A stretch of 64,000 bases of DNA from Alphaproteobacteria bacterium. Its GTDB lineage: Bacteria; Pseudomonadota; Alphaproteobacteria; UBA828. The stretch covers positions 3,072,001 to 3,136,000 of the forward strand of contig OZ243972.1 of the NCBI GenBank assembly GCA_965214705.1, read 5' to 3'. Shown here piece after piece: positions 31,018 to 40,347 of the stretch; within the stretch, counting starts at the first letter, position 1; every line of letters starts with the position of its first letter. The notes under the pieces are model-generated. The model ran no database searches and was not told where the DNA came from. It worked only from the letters and a program-made list of their open reading frames with translations. The position numbers and the translations under genes were made by a program.

Positions 31018-33220
31018 CAGGGCAAATTTGTCCAAGCGGCTGGTAGGCAGTTGAGTTCTGGCCACGGGTTGTGCGGATCGGCTTTGTTGCGGGGTTTGCG
31101 GCGGGGTCTGGCCGAGCATCCGGTTCGGTCAGACGGTTCTGGCATTACCGTGTGGGCGGTGCGGGCGGTGCCGTCGCGATTTGGCGGTGCCCCGACATGA
31201 TGGATCGCGCCACCGGCGTGGTCGGGAGCGAGGGCAGGTACGATCTTTGCGCCCGGCTTGCCGGGCGCCGGGGTTCAGGCCGGCGCGGCGCGCTTTGCGG
31301 TCCTCGGCTGGGTGTTCCCGGTCATTTTCAGGAAGTCGAGGACGGCGCGGACGTTGCGGGCGAGCCTGCGCACGGTCGAGGCGACCTCGAGCCCCCGGCC
31401 CTTGATCAGGCCGATGGCGAAGCGCCGCAGGCGGGTCATGTTCTCGGGGCCGAAGCCTGTGCGTATGCGGCTGCGGTCCTCGTCCCAGGTCCAGTCGAGG
31501 CAGTGGTGCGAGCTGTTCTCGATGCACCAGTGGCCGCGGTTGAGGGCGAGCAGGCTCTGCGCGTTGGCCGTGCCGGGCGTGTGGCTGGAGATCCCGTAGG
31601 CGGTCTCGGTGCCGGTCTCGCCGGTCTTCTTGTCCTGGCGGGAGCGCTCGATCATGAAGACCTGGCCGACGCCCGGGAAGTCGAGAAAGCCGTTCAACTC
31701 CGTGCTCGTCCAGATTGCCCGCTGCTCGATGCGTCCGTGCGACAGCGCGGCCTCCTCCTCGAAGTCGGGCTCACGCTCCGGCGCCTCTTCGAAGAGCAGC
31801 GTCACATCGTCCCGCATGGTCTTCTGGTTCCCTTTCACGATGAACATGAAGTGCGCGCCCCGGTCGAGCAGGTAGCGGGCGAACTTGCGCTGGGTTAGCA
31901 GCGCGTCCGTCGTGACCGTCTTGCCCGCGATGTTCGGGATCAGGTCCACCAGCGCCGTCACGGTGCCGATCTCGTTGGTGCGCTTTGTCTCCTCGTCGGC
32001 CCCGACTTTCAGGAGAAGTTTTTTTGGGCGAGCGTGGCCTTGGTCTCGTGCCCGACCGCGCTCATGACATGAGCCTGGGTCCCGTCCTCGTCGATGGCCC
32101 CCCTCAGGGTCTTGCCGTCGATGGCAAGCGCCGCGTCGCCTGAGCCGTGGGCCTCCTGCCACTTGCGCAACGCCTCGTCCAACTGGTCCGGGTCCACCCG
32201 GATCACCACATTGCGGATGGTCGACATCGAAGGCGGCCGGCGCACCCCGTCGCGCAGCCGCACGCCGAAGCGGGCCAGCGCCTTCTCGCCGAGATCGTCG
32301 ACCCACTCGGAGATGGCCTTCCAGCCTCGCATGCCGCAGAGCGTCGCGCCACTCGCAAGCGCGAGCACGCTGGGCAGCGAATGCCGCCGTCCCTTGCGCG
32401 TGCGGGGGTCGTCGATGTCCTTGAAGTAGGCGTAGAGCGACTCTTGCTGAGCGGCGCTGATCATGGTTCTCGGAACTCCTTTCTTCCACAACTCCCGATC
32501 CAGCCCGGCAGCGGACAGCCGGCGGCAGGCGTCGGGAACCAGGGGGCGCAGCAGCACAAGCTTCGGCGTCGAGCCGGCGACATAGCCCGAGCGGTGGCGC
32601 CGGAAGCCGCGGGTCTGGCCGACCGCCAGCCATCCAGCCGCCCGGTAGACCGTGCCCCGGAACCTCGCCGCGTCCACGAATGTTTCCAGCATCAGCACGG
32701 GGTGGCCGAAGCGGGCCGGCCAGTCGCGCGCCAAGCGCCGCGCGCAAAGCCCCAGCACCCGCGAGCCGAGGTTCGGAACACCCCGTCCCGGCAGGATCAG
32801 GAAGCGCGCGTTGTTCGCGATCAGATGCAGCCGCCCGTGCTGCGTGCGGAAGTCCCAGCCGATCCACTCGTCCCGCGCCCGGCACTTGCGCGCCGCAGCC
32901 GAAAACACGGCCAGCGCCAGCCACTCGCCGCGCCGATGGGCGACGTACCACGCCGTCGCCCCCACCTTCGCAGACGCACCCAGGTAGTGATGCCCCTCCA
33001 TCAGCGCGCGGAACCGGGCCTCGTCCTCCGGCCGGACAGCAGCGACATCGACCTCGGAAAGATCCACCGTAGAAACCGTCCCCCTGCTCGAAGCCGATCC
33101 GCAGCAGAACACCGCGAATCCAGTCGCCTCAATCCATAGCAGGGTTGGCGCGCGCTGACCAGACCCAAGGTCAACTCGTAGCGCAGAACTCAAAAATCAG
33201 GCTTGGACAAATTCGCCCTG
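31018..33220 (-). mobile_element. ISAs1-family element carrying a DUF4338-transposase fusion
   Basis: 20-bp IRs CAGGGCAAATTTGTCCAAGC / CAGGGCGAATTTGTCCAAGC; 10-bp TSD AGCTGCACCT at 31008-31017 and 33221-33230. Confidence 0.93.
31275..33067 (-). CDS. DUF4338 (DruA-like) domain fused to ISAs1 transposase; two frames joined by a probable -1 frameshift at ~32018-32025
   Basis: ORF1 (33067-32009): HHYLG, ANNARFLILP, PNLGSRVL, LETFVD, GTVYRAAGW, then DPRTRKGRRH, AIDGKTLRG; ORF2: NEI, TTDALLTQ, VKGNQ, HGRIEQR, RGHWCIEN, EDRSRIR; junction CAA AAA AAC. Confidence 0.85.
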
Positions 33221-33282
33221 AGCTGCACCTTGACTAACGAGGCGCCGTGGCTAGGAATTACCCACCGCGCCGCTCCTTTTCG

Positions 33283-34961
33283 GGGTGTAGGTCTGGCATG
33301 GCGATCGTAAGTCATTGATTTAGCGCGATTGGCGGGTGGCCGTAGGCAGCCAGAATCGGGTTTTCGTGACAATCGGCCGGTGCAGGGCCGGATTTTGTCA
33401 CAACGGCGGCATCCAGCAGTGGTGGGTGGGAACGCTCCGCACCGCGAGATGCGGTAGGATGCCGCGCCGACAACCCAACATCAGACCCAACATCAGGAGC
33501 GTTCCCATGCCAGTGTCGCAGTCTCTCATCGCCTCGTCCATCGACCTTTTGGGCCTGCCTGCCGAAGTCGCCGAAGCGGTCGCCCAGGTGGTGGAGTTCT
33601 GTCGCGAACAGGCTGGGTCTGACCCGTCTGCCGAGACGTTCGAAACGGTTGAGACGGGGCTGCGGGACGCCATGAACGGCTTGGGTTGCAAGCTCCTTGG
33701 GGCCTTCGCCGAGAGCCGCGACGACGGTGCGAGCCGGATCGAGCGCGACGGACAGAGCTGGGTCCGGGTGGCGGCGACGCCGAAGACGATCATGACGACG
33801 CTCGGTCCCGTGACCTATCGGCGTGCGCGCTATCGCAGCGGCGCGAGCAGCACGTCGCTGGTGCCGGTGGACGAGAGCCTGGGCCTCATCGACGACTACC
33901 TGACGCGGCCGGCGGCGCAGCTCGGGCTGATGATGATGGGCCACTGTACGCCGCGTGAAGCGGAGGAGTTCTTCGCGAAAATGGGCGGAATGACGCCGTC
34001 GGTGAGCACGCTGCAGCGCCTGGCCCTGAGCATGCATGAGCACTGGGAGAGCGTCGCCCCGGAGACGCTGGCCAGCATCCGTGAAACCCAGGGCATACCG
34101 CCCGATGCGGTCACCGCGTCCGTCTCCCTTGACGGCGTCATGGTGGCGCTGCGGGCCGGCGAGGACGGCCGTGCCGAGGCGTGCTGGCGCGAGGCCTCTT
34201 GCGGCACGGTCTCCTTCCACGACGCCGAGGGCCAACGGCTGAAGACCCTCTATCTCGGCCGTATGCCCGAGAGCGGCAAGGCCGCGCTGAAAGCGCAACT
34301 TGCAAGCGAGGTCGCCCATATCCGCCGTGTGAGCCCGAAGATCAGGATCGGCGCCGTCGCCGACGGGGCCGCCGACAACTGGACCTTCCTCGAAAGCCTC
34401 TCGCCCGAGACCGAGGTCATCGACTTCTGGCACGCTTGCGAGCATCTCCGCGTGGCCTCTGACCATGCGGTGGCGCGCCACTGGTTCGAGAAGCACCGCG
34501 AAATCCTGCGCCACGACCCCCGCGGCGTCGACAAGGTGATCCGGGCACTGCGCTACCTCCTGGACAGGGCAAAGGGGGACCCGGCCGAGATCGAGCGCGA
34601 GCTGGCCTTCTTCCGAAAGCACCGCCATCGGATGCGCTACCACGCCCTGAAGGAAGAGGGCATCGCCATCGGCTCGGGTGTGGTCGAGGCGGCCTGCAAG
34701 ACCCTCGTCGCGCAGCGCTTGAAACGCTCGGGCATGCGCTGGCGGATCGACGGCGGGCAGGCGGTTCTGACCTTCCGCGCCCTGATCAAATCCGGCCTCT
34801 TCGACCGGGCATGGGATGCGCTCATGGACGCCCGATCCGGACCAGCTAACGACAACATCAGCCCAACCGAAGTCCTGGCACTCGCTACTTGACCAAAATG
34901 AACCAGCCCATATCCTTTAGCGCCATCACGACTGGCATATCGCCATACGAGAATCACACCC
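33283..34961 (+). mobile_element. ISKra4-type IS, copy 2
   Basis: near-identical to 882-2560; 8-bp TSD CCTTTTCG at 33275-33282 and 34962-34969. Confidence 0.95.
33507..34892 (+). CDS. ISKra4/UPF0236-family transposase
   Basis: same protein as copy 1 except the last residue (A to T). Confidence 0.9.
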   Translation: MPVSQSLIASSIDLLGLPAEVAEAVAQVVEFCREQAGSDPSAETFETVETGLRDAMNGLGCKLLGAFAESRDDGASRIERDGQSWVRVAATPKTIMTTLGPVTYRRARYRSGASSTSLVPVDESLGLIDDYLTRPAAQLGLMMMGHCTPREAEEFFAKMGGMTPSVSTLQRLALSMHEHWESVAPETLASIRETQGIPPDAVTASVSLDGVMVALRAGEDGRAEACWREASCGTVSFHDAEGQRLKTLYLGRMPESGKAALKAQLASEVAHIRRVSPKIRIGAVADGAADNWTFLESLSPETEVIDFWHACEHLRVASDHAVARHWFEKHREILRHDPRGVDKVIRALRYLLDRAKGDPAEIERELAFFRKHRHRMRYHALKEEGIAIGSGVVEAACKTLVAQRLKRSGMRWRIDGGQAVLTFRALIKSGLFDRAWDALMDARSGPANDNISPTEVLALAT

Positions 34962-34974
34962 CCTTTTCGTGTGC

Positions 34975-35673
34975 CTAGACGACAGTTTCGAGGACGTGCT
35001 CCGATGAGGATACGGCGCCCAACTGCCCGCCATTGGACTTGGTGATGCGAACGACTGCTTCGTGATTCGCGACCTCCGAAGCGGCGCAGCAATCTTCAAG
35101 CAGCAGGCATTCGTAGCCGCGATCGTTGGCACCACGCAGCGTCGTGTAGACGCAACAATCGGTCGTTACCCCTGCGAAGATCAGATTGCGAATTCCACGT
35201 TGCCGAAGAATCTGATCCAGATCAGTTGCGTAGAAGCTGCCCTTGCCAGGCTTGTCAATGATGGGCTCTCCCGGCTGGGGGGCGAGTTCTGGCACGATTT
35301 CCCAACCCGGCTCACCGCGCACCAGGATGCGGCCGAGGGGACCTTGCGATCCGATTTCGGCGCCGTTACGGGCGGAGCGCCAGCGCTTGTTCTTGTTAAG
35401 GTCCGACAAGTCCGCCCGGTGTCCCTCGCGGGTATGCAGGATATGAAAATCGTGCGCGCGCATTCGTTCGAGCACCATTTGCAAGGGCTCGATCGGCCTG
35501 CGAGTGAGTGACATGTCGATCCCCATCTGGTCGCAGTAGCCACCGTAGCCGCAAAAGTCCATCTGCATGTCGATGACGATCAGACCCGTGTTTGTCGGCT
35601 CGAGAGTGCCGTCGGAGGGCCAGTCGTAGGGATCGGCCGAGATGCGGGCATATGCCGTCCGACTTTGCATCAT
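34975..35673 (-). CDS. isochorismatase-family cysteine hydrolase, biuret hydrolase-like clade
   Basis: ADPYDWP, IDMQMDFCG, HTREGH, DKPGKGSF, TTDCCV, ANDRGYECLLLEDC. Confidence 0.9.
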   Translation of the reverse strand: MMQSRTAYARISADPYDWPSDGTLEPTNTGLIVIDMQMDFCGYGGYCDQMGIDMSLTRRPIEPLQMVLERMRAHDFHILHTREGHRADLSDLNKNKRWRSARNGAEIGSQGPLGRILVRGEPGWEIVPELAPQPGEPIIDKPGKGSFYATDLDQILRQRGIRNLIFAGVTTDCCVYTTLRGANDRGYECLLLEDCCAASEVANHEAVVRITKSNGGQLGAVSSSEHVLETVV

Positions 35674-36347
35674 TCGATCGCCTTTAAGAGTGCTGCCGAG
35701 TGCGCGATGGAGCCGTAAAGCCCGTTGAGAATGCTTAGCATTTCCAGGGTCGCCTTGCCGTCTTGCGGTACGGCGGCGCCGCAACAGTCTTCCAGCAGCA
35801 AGCACTCGTATCCGCGGTCGTTGGCGTCGCGCAACGTGGCTTGCACACTGCCCTCGGCCGTGACGCCGCCTACGATTAGGTTTCTTATTCCCTGCCCACG
35901 CAGCACCTGTTCGAGCTCGCTGGCGTAGAAGCCACTCATCCCCGGCTTGTCGATTACCGGCTCGCCGGACTGCGGCGCAAGCTCCGGCACGATGTCGGTA
36001 CCGGGTTGGCCTCGAACCAGGACACGCCCGTTGGCGCCGTTCGCTCCGATGGCCACGCCTCGATGCGTCGTGCGCCACAGTTTTGTGCGGTTGAGATCGG
36101 AGAGGTCTGGCCGATAACTCTCCCGCAAGTAGATCGTGCGAAAGCCTGAACTCCGCGAGGCATTCAACACGCGGCGGAGCGGATCTAGCGGCCGCCTGAG
36201 TGCCGTCAAATCGACGCCAAGTTGGTCGAGCCAGCCGCCCGGCGCGCAGAAATCGACCTGCATGTCTACGATCAGCAGGGCGGTGTTGTCCTTCTCCAGG
36301 CGGCCATCGAAGGGCCAGGGATAGGAGCCTTCAACGGAAATCGGCAT
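35670..36347 (-). CDS. BiuH-like paralogue with the catalytic Cys replaced by Ser
   Basis: YPWPFDG, VDMQVDFC, DKPGMSGF, VTAEGSV; AAGGAG RBS; 4-bp overlap with the downstream paralogue. Confidence 0.88.
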   Translation of the reverse strand: MPISVEGSYPWPFDGRLEKDNTALLIVDMQVDFCAPGGWLDQLGVDLTALRRPLDPLRRVLNASRSSGFRTIYLRESYRPDLSDLNRTKLWRTTHRGVAIGANGANGRVLVRGQPGTDIVPELAPQSGEPVIDKPGMSGFYASELEQVLRGQGIRNLIVGGVTAEGSVQATLRDANDRGYECLLLEDCCGAAVPQDGKATLEMLSILNGLYGSIAHSAALLKAIE

Positions 36348-37095
36348 CTCGCTCCTTTCCATTTTCGCTGGCCCCGCAGGACGCGCGAGAGCGGTTGCGC
36401 GGATCAAGGCCGCGTCTTCAGACTTCCGACTCCCGGTTTACGAACGCTCATTCAGGTTCCCAAACAACGCATTTGGGATCGCGTGGCACCCCACCACTTG
36501 ACGATAGTGCCCAGCTTAGTGTCGAGGTGCAATCGCTTTGAGCCTCACGAAAGTGGATTGGCCCGGCGCTCCCCGAACGCGTTCGCAATGGCGTGAGCTG
36601 CAGCAACGCGGACGCCGGCATCGCCGTCCACGCCGAGCGCTAACGTCGAAAGGCTCTAAACCCATTGGTTTGATACGAACTATAATGATCTCAGTCGCGC
36701 TGCGTCCGTTCATCATCGGACCAGCCATGCGGGGCGACATTCTCTTGCAGGAATCGCTGACTGCCACTTAATGCGCTGACGTCAGATATCGAAGCAGACG
36801 ATGACCACTCGCTTGACGCGTGAACTGTAGTTCTCTTGTCAGCACGTTCGGCAAATTGTCTTCGTCCACAGCGCCGCTCGAACCAGCCCCATGCCGTACC
36901 AAACCCTCATCACTGGATGAGGATCAGGGATAAGCAGGAAAGATTTAGCCCCGTCCGCCGGTGAGCGTCGATGACGGAAAATACTTGGACATACTTCGGG
37001 CTGGGAGAGCGGGAAGGTGCCCGCTGGTTGCTGCTATCGCGCGTCCGCGTCCAACTTCTTGTCCTCCACCGGCGACGGATGGTTCAACGCGCCCA

Positions 37096-38051
37096 TCACG
37101 TCGCTCGGCGCTCCTGTGTCTGCCGCTCCATGAACGCCGCCACTTGGTTGCGGTTGGGCTGGGGGGCGATGGCGCCGACACCGGTCGTGGTCAAGGCGCC
37201 GACTGCGTTTGCAAACCGTCCCGCTTCGTCGGGCGCTGCGCCCCGCAGCCACGACAGAATGAACCCGGCGCTGAAGGCATCGCCCGCGCCGGTCGCATCG
37301 ATCGCCTCGACTGTCCAGCCGGGCACGTACAATCGGGTGCCGGCGTCACCACCAATGAGGCAACCGCGTGCGCCCAGCTTAGCGATGGCGAGCGTGGGCT
37401 GCTCGCCCAGAATCCGGTCGAGGGCGACCTCGACCGGGGAGTCGTCGTAGAGGTATGCGATATCCTCCTCGCTCACGAAAACGATGTCAGCGAGCGAAAG
37501 CGCCTGCGCGAAATTGCCTCGCAGGCTCTCTGCGGTCCCGAGCGCCGGGCGCACGTTGGCGTCATAACTCACCGTCGTGCCAGCAGCACGCGCGATAGTC
37601 ATCGCCGTCTCGACTGCGTCTGCGGAGGGGCGCGAAATCGCCTGCGAGATGCCGCTCGCGTGCAGGACGCGGGCGCCTCCGATATAGAGGGGATCGATAT
37701 CGCCACCGGCAAGATGACTCGCCGCCGAATCGCGGCGAAGGTACGTGAACCGGTGCTGTCGTTCGTCTGTGTAGGACACAAATAAACGCCGGTGTGGTGC
37801 GCCGCGTCGATTCCTACCTGGCTGGCATCGATGCCGTTGCGCTCAAGAAGGGCGACGAAGGCGCGACCGAATTCGTCGTCGCCGACCCGCGTGACATAGC
37901 CGCAGGCCCCGCCTAGGCGGGCGGCGGCCAGCAGACAATTTGCCGTGTCTCCGCCCCAGCCGCGCCGGAAACGTTCCACATCGCCCAACCGGCCGGTGGA
38001 CTCTGCGGCCAGCTCGACGAGCGGCTCTCCGATTGCGATCAAGTCAATCAT
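37096..38051 (-). pseudogene. PfkB-family sugar kinase (KdgK-like), 1-bp frameshift near 37780
   Basis: IGEPLVE, GGDTAN, VGDDEFG in one frame; YDANVRP, DATGAGDAF in another; TATTTGTG lacks one T relative to YFV. Confidence 0.85.
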
Positions 38052-38250
38052 CGGCAGGCTCCGGTTTCAGCCCGACGAGCTCTCGTCCAGCCAGACCGAC
38101 TGGTCCGGACGCGGACGGCGTCTTCGACATTATCGGCGATGGGGTCGGTGCCAAAGGGACAGGGGCCGAATGGCGGCTTCGTTGCGCGGGCCGTATCCGG
38201 CGGAGAGAACCTCACCGTTCGTCCTTTGCTGACGTGGCTTCAGTGCTCCA

Positions 38251-39423
38251 TCAAGCCTCGGTTCGATACCTGCTGACTACCTCGTCGTTTACCGTGATAC
38301 CGAGGCCGTGGCCACTGGGCACGGCGAGGCAGCCGTCCTCCAGCGCGATGGTCTCCACAAGTAGCTCGTCGCGCAGGGAATTGGGCTGCCGGTCGTACTC
38401 GACCACCGGCTCGTTCTCGATCGGCACCGGGTTGTCGGTGTGCGGCGTCGGCGGCACCACAGCGAGCGCATGCAGCGCGGTCGCGAGCGCGACACCTGAG
38501 CCCCAGACGTGGGGAATGGTCAGCACGCTGTGCGCCGAGGCCAGAGCCTGGATCTTCAACCACTCCGAGTACCCGCCGCAGACGCAGAGGTCGGGTTGGG
38601 CAATGTCGACGCATTCGCCTTCGAAAAGATCGCGGAAGCCGTAGCGCGTGAACTCGCACTCGCCACCGGCTACGGGGATGGAGAGCGCGTCCCGCACCCG
38701 GCGGTAGCCGGCACGGTCTTCCGGCACCACCGGCTCTTCGAACCAGCCCACCTGCCAACGCTCCAACTCGCGACCCATGCGGATGGCGCCCGCCGCGTTG
38801 TACGCGTGATTGGCATCCACGAGCAGTGCGACATCCGGCCCGATCGCCTCGCGCACAGCAGCAACTCGCTTGCCGTCTTGCGCGATCGACAGCAGGCCGA
38901 TCTTCATCTTGAGTGTGGAGAAGCCTGAGCGGATGTGCTCCTCGGCCTCGGCCGCGAGGGCATCGAGCATCGCGGCGCCGGTGCCGATGTCTTCGGGATA
39001 GTAGCAGCCAGTTGCGTAGGCATGGACCCTGTCGCGAAAGGCGCCGCCGAGGAGGGCGTGGATCGGTTGGCCGAGCGCCTTTCCCCAAATGTCCCAATGG
39101 GCGATGTCGAGCGCGCTCAATGCCTCGATATAGGTGCCTTTCTGGCCAAAATCGCGGCTGTGGGTGTAGAGTTGCTCCCATAGCCTCACCGGCTCGCAGA
39201 ACGGGCGCTCGACGATCAGCGGAGCGAGCACCCTATCGATGCACGCCGCCACCGGCCCCGGAGGGCCGTATTGGCCGCCCTCGCCCCAGCCGACGATGCC
39301 GTCGCTGGTCGTGACCTGAACGAGTAGCGAGTTGCGCTCGGGAAACTTGGCCTGTGACGAGCGGAAGGTCTTGGATCCCAGCGGGACGCGCAGGATGAAT
39401 GTCTCAACCTTGCTGATCCGCAC
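38251..39423 (-). CDS. mandelate racemase/muconate lactonizing (enolase superfamily) enzyme
   Basis: DIAHWDIWGKALGQP, KMKIG, VDANHAY, WFEEP, GGECE, QPD, PHVWG. Confidence 0.9.
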   Translation of the reverse strand: MRISKVETFILRVPLGSKTFRSSQAKFPERNSLLVQVTTSDGIVGWGEGGQYGPPGPVAACIDRVLAPLIVERPFCEPVRLWEQLYTHSRDFGQKGTYIEALSALDIAHWDIWGKALGQPIHALLGGAFRDRVHAYATGCYYPEDIGTGAAMLDALAAEAEEHIRSGFSTLKMKIGLLSIAQDGKRVAAVREAIGPDVALLVDANHAYNAAGAIRMGRELERWQVGWFEEPVVPEDRAGYRRVRDALSIPVAGGECEFTRYGFRDLFEGECVDIAQPDLCVCGGYSEWLKIQALASAHSVLTIPHVWGSGVALATALHALAVVPPTPHTDNPVPIENEPVVEYDRQPNSLRDELLVETIALEDGCLAVPSGHGLGITVNDEVVSRYRTEA

Positions 39424-40105
39424 CAGCGATCCTTTCGTCGGTGTGTGCGGCCGCTCTCCCGTCGAGGACCATCGCGATCCGGTTGTAAGAGTTTTCCAGA
39501 TGTGTCCGCATGGCCGCAGCGGCCCTTTCGCCATCGCGCGCGCATAGTGCCTCGGCGATCTCGATATGCTCCGGCAGTGCCTCTGCGTAGGGGCGTTCTA
39601 GATGGCTGATCAGCGTGCTTCGGCTCCAGTTGATCAGTGCCCGGAGATTCTCGATGAGCTCGATGAGCCGGCGATTGCCGCAGTACTCGACGGCGAGATC
39701 GTGGATTAGCGCATCGATGTCGCGCAGGATATGCTCGCGATCCTGCTCGTCGGGCGCTTCCTTGGCCGACCTGTAGAGGCTGAGCGCCCTTTCCGCCTCG
39801 GCTTCCGGCATCCGCGCGGTCGCCGATCGTATCGCCAGGCTTTCGAGGGCTGTCCGCAGCTCGAAGATCTCGCGCAGCTCCTGTCGGTCGATCTCGGAGA
39901 CGAACACGCCGCGCCGGGGCGAGACCTCGACGAGGCCGGCCGCCTCCAGCCGCTTCACCGCATCGCGCATCGGCGTCGAGCTGACATTCCAGCTCGACGC
40001 GTATCTGCCTATGTCGATCCGCTGCCTCGGGGCGAGGCGCCCGGACAGGATTTCGTCCTTCAGCGCTTCGGCAACCTGTTCTCCGAGCGAGCTCTTCTCA
40101 AACAA
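39404..40105 (-). CDS. GntR (FCD) transcriptional regulator
   Basis: EILSGRLAP, VSSTPMRDAVKRLEAAGLV, C-terminal FCD with EH..I..A...RD. Confidence 0.9.
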   Translation of the reverse strand: MFEKSSLGEQVAEALKDEILSGRLAPRQRIDIGRYASSWNVSSTPMRDAVKRLEAAGLVEVSPRRGVFVSEIDRQELREIFELRTALESLAIRSATARMPEAEAERALSLYRSAKEAPDEQDREHILRDIDALIHDLAVEYCGNRRLIELIENLRALINWSRSTLISHLERPYAEALPEHIEIAEALCARDGERAAAAMRTHLENSYNRIAMVLDGRAAAHTDERIAGADQQG

Positions 40106-40240
40106 GCGCCGTCACCTCCTGGCAGTGAGCCGCTGACCCGCCGCCCCGATGCTGTTGCGGACGCAGCACCCGACCGGTCCCGTCGGATACCGCACCAGGG
40201 TGTGCGTCGAATTGAGTGTACACACCCGATGACATGATGC

Positions 40241-40270
40241 TTGACAGCGTACCATATCTGATGTCTGATG
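40241..40270 (+). promoter_or_regulatory. candidate sigma-70 promoter with a TCTGATG direct repeat (possible GntR site)
   Basis: TTGACA-17 bp-TCTGAT; tandem TCTGATG TCTGATG. Confidence 0.4.
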
Positions 40271-40347
40271 CAAAATATTTCTATATGATCGTGAATGCGG
40301 ACGCCTCGGAAGGATCGCGTCCCTGCACCAATGAGGGAGGAATGGGC

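Noticed and set aside
32460-33067. Complete Druantia defence system
   Set aside because: Only the DUF4338 domain is present, inside an IS; no DruE helicase or partner genes
34975-36078. 367-aa fused hydrolase ORF from the ORF track
   Set aside because: The upstream part overlaps the paralogue in another frame; the real start is about 35673
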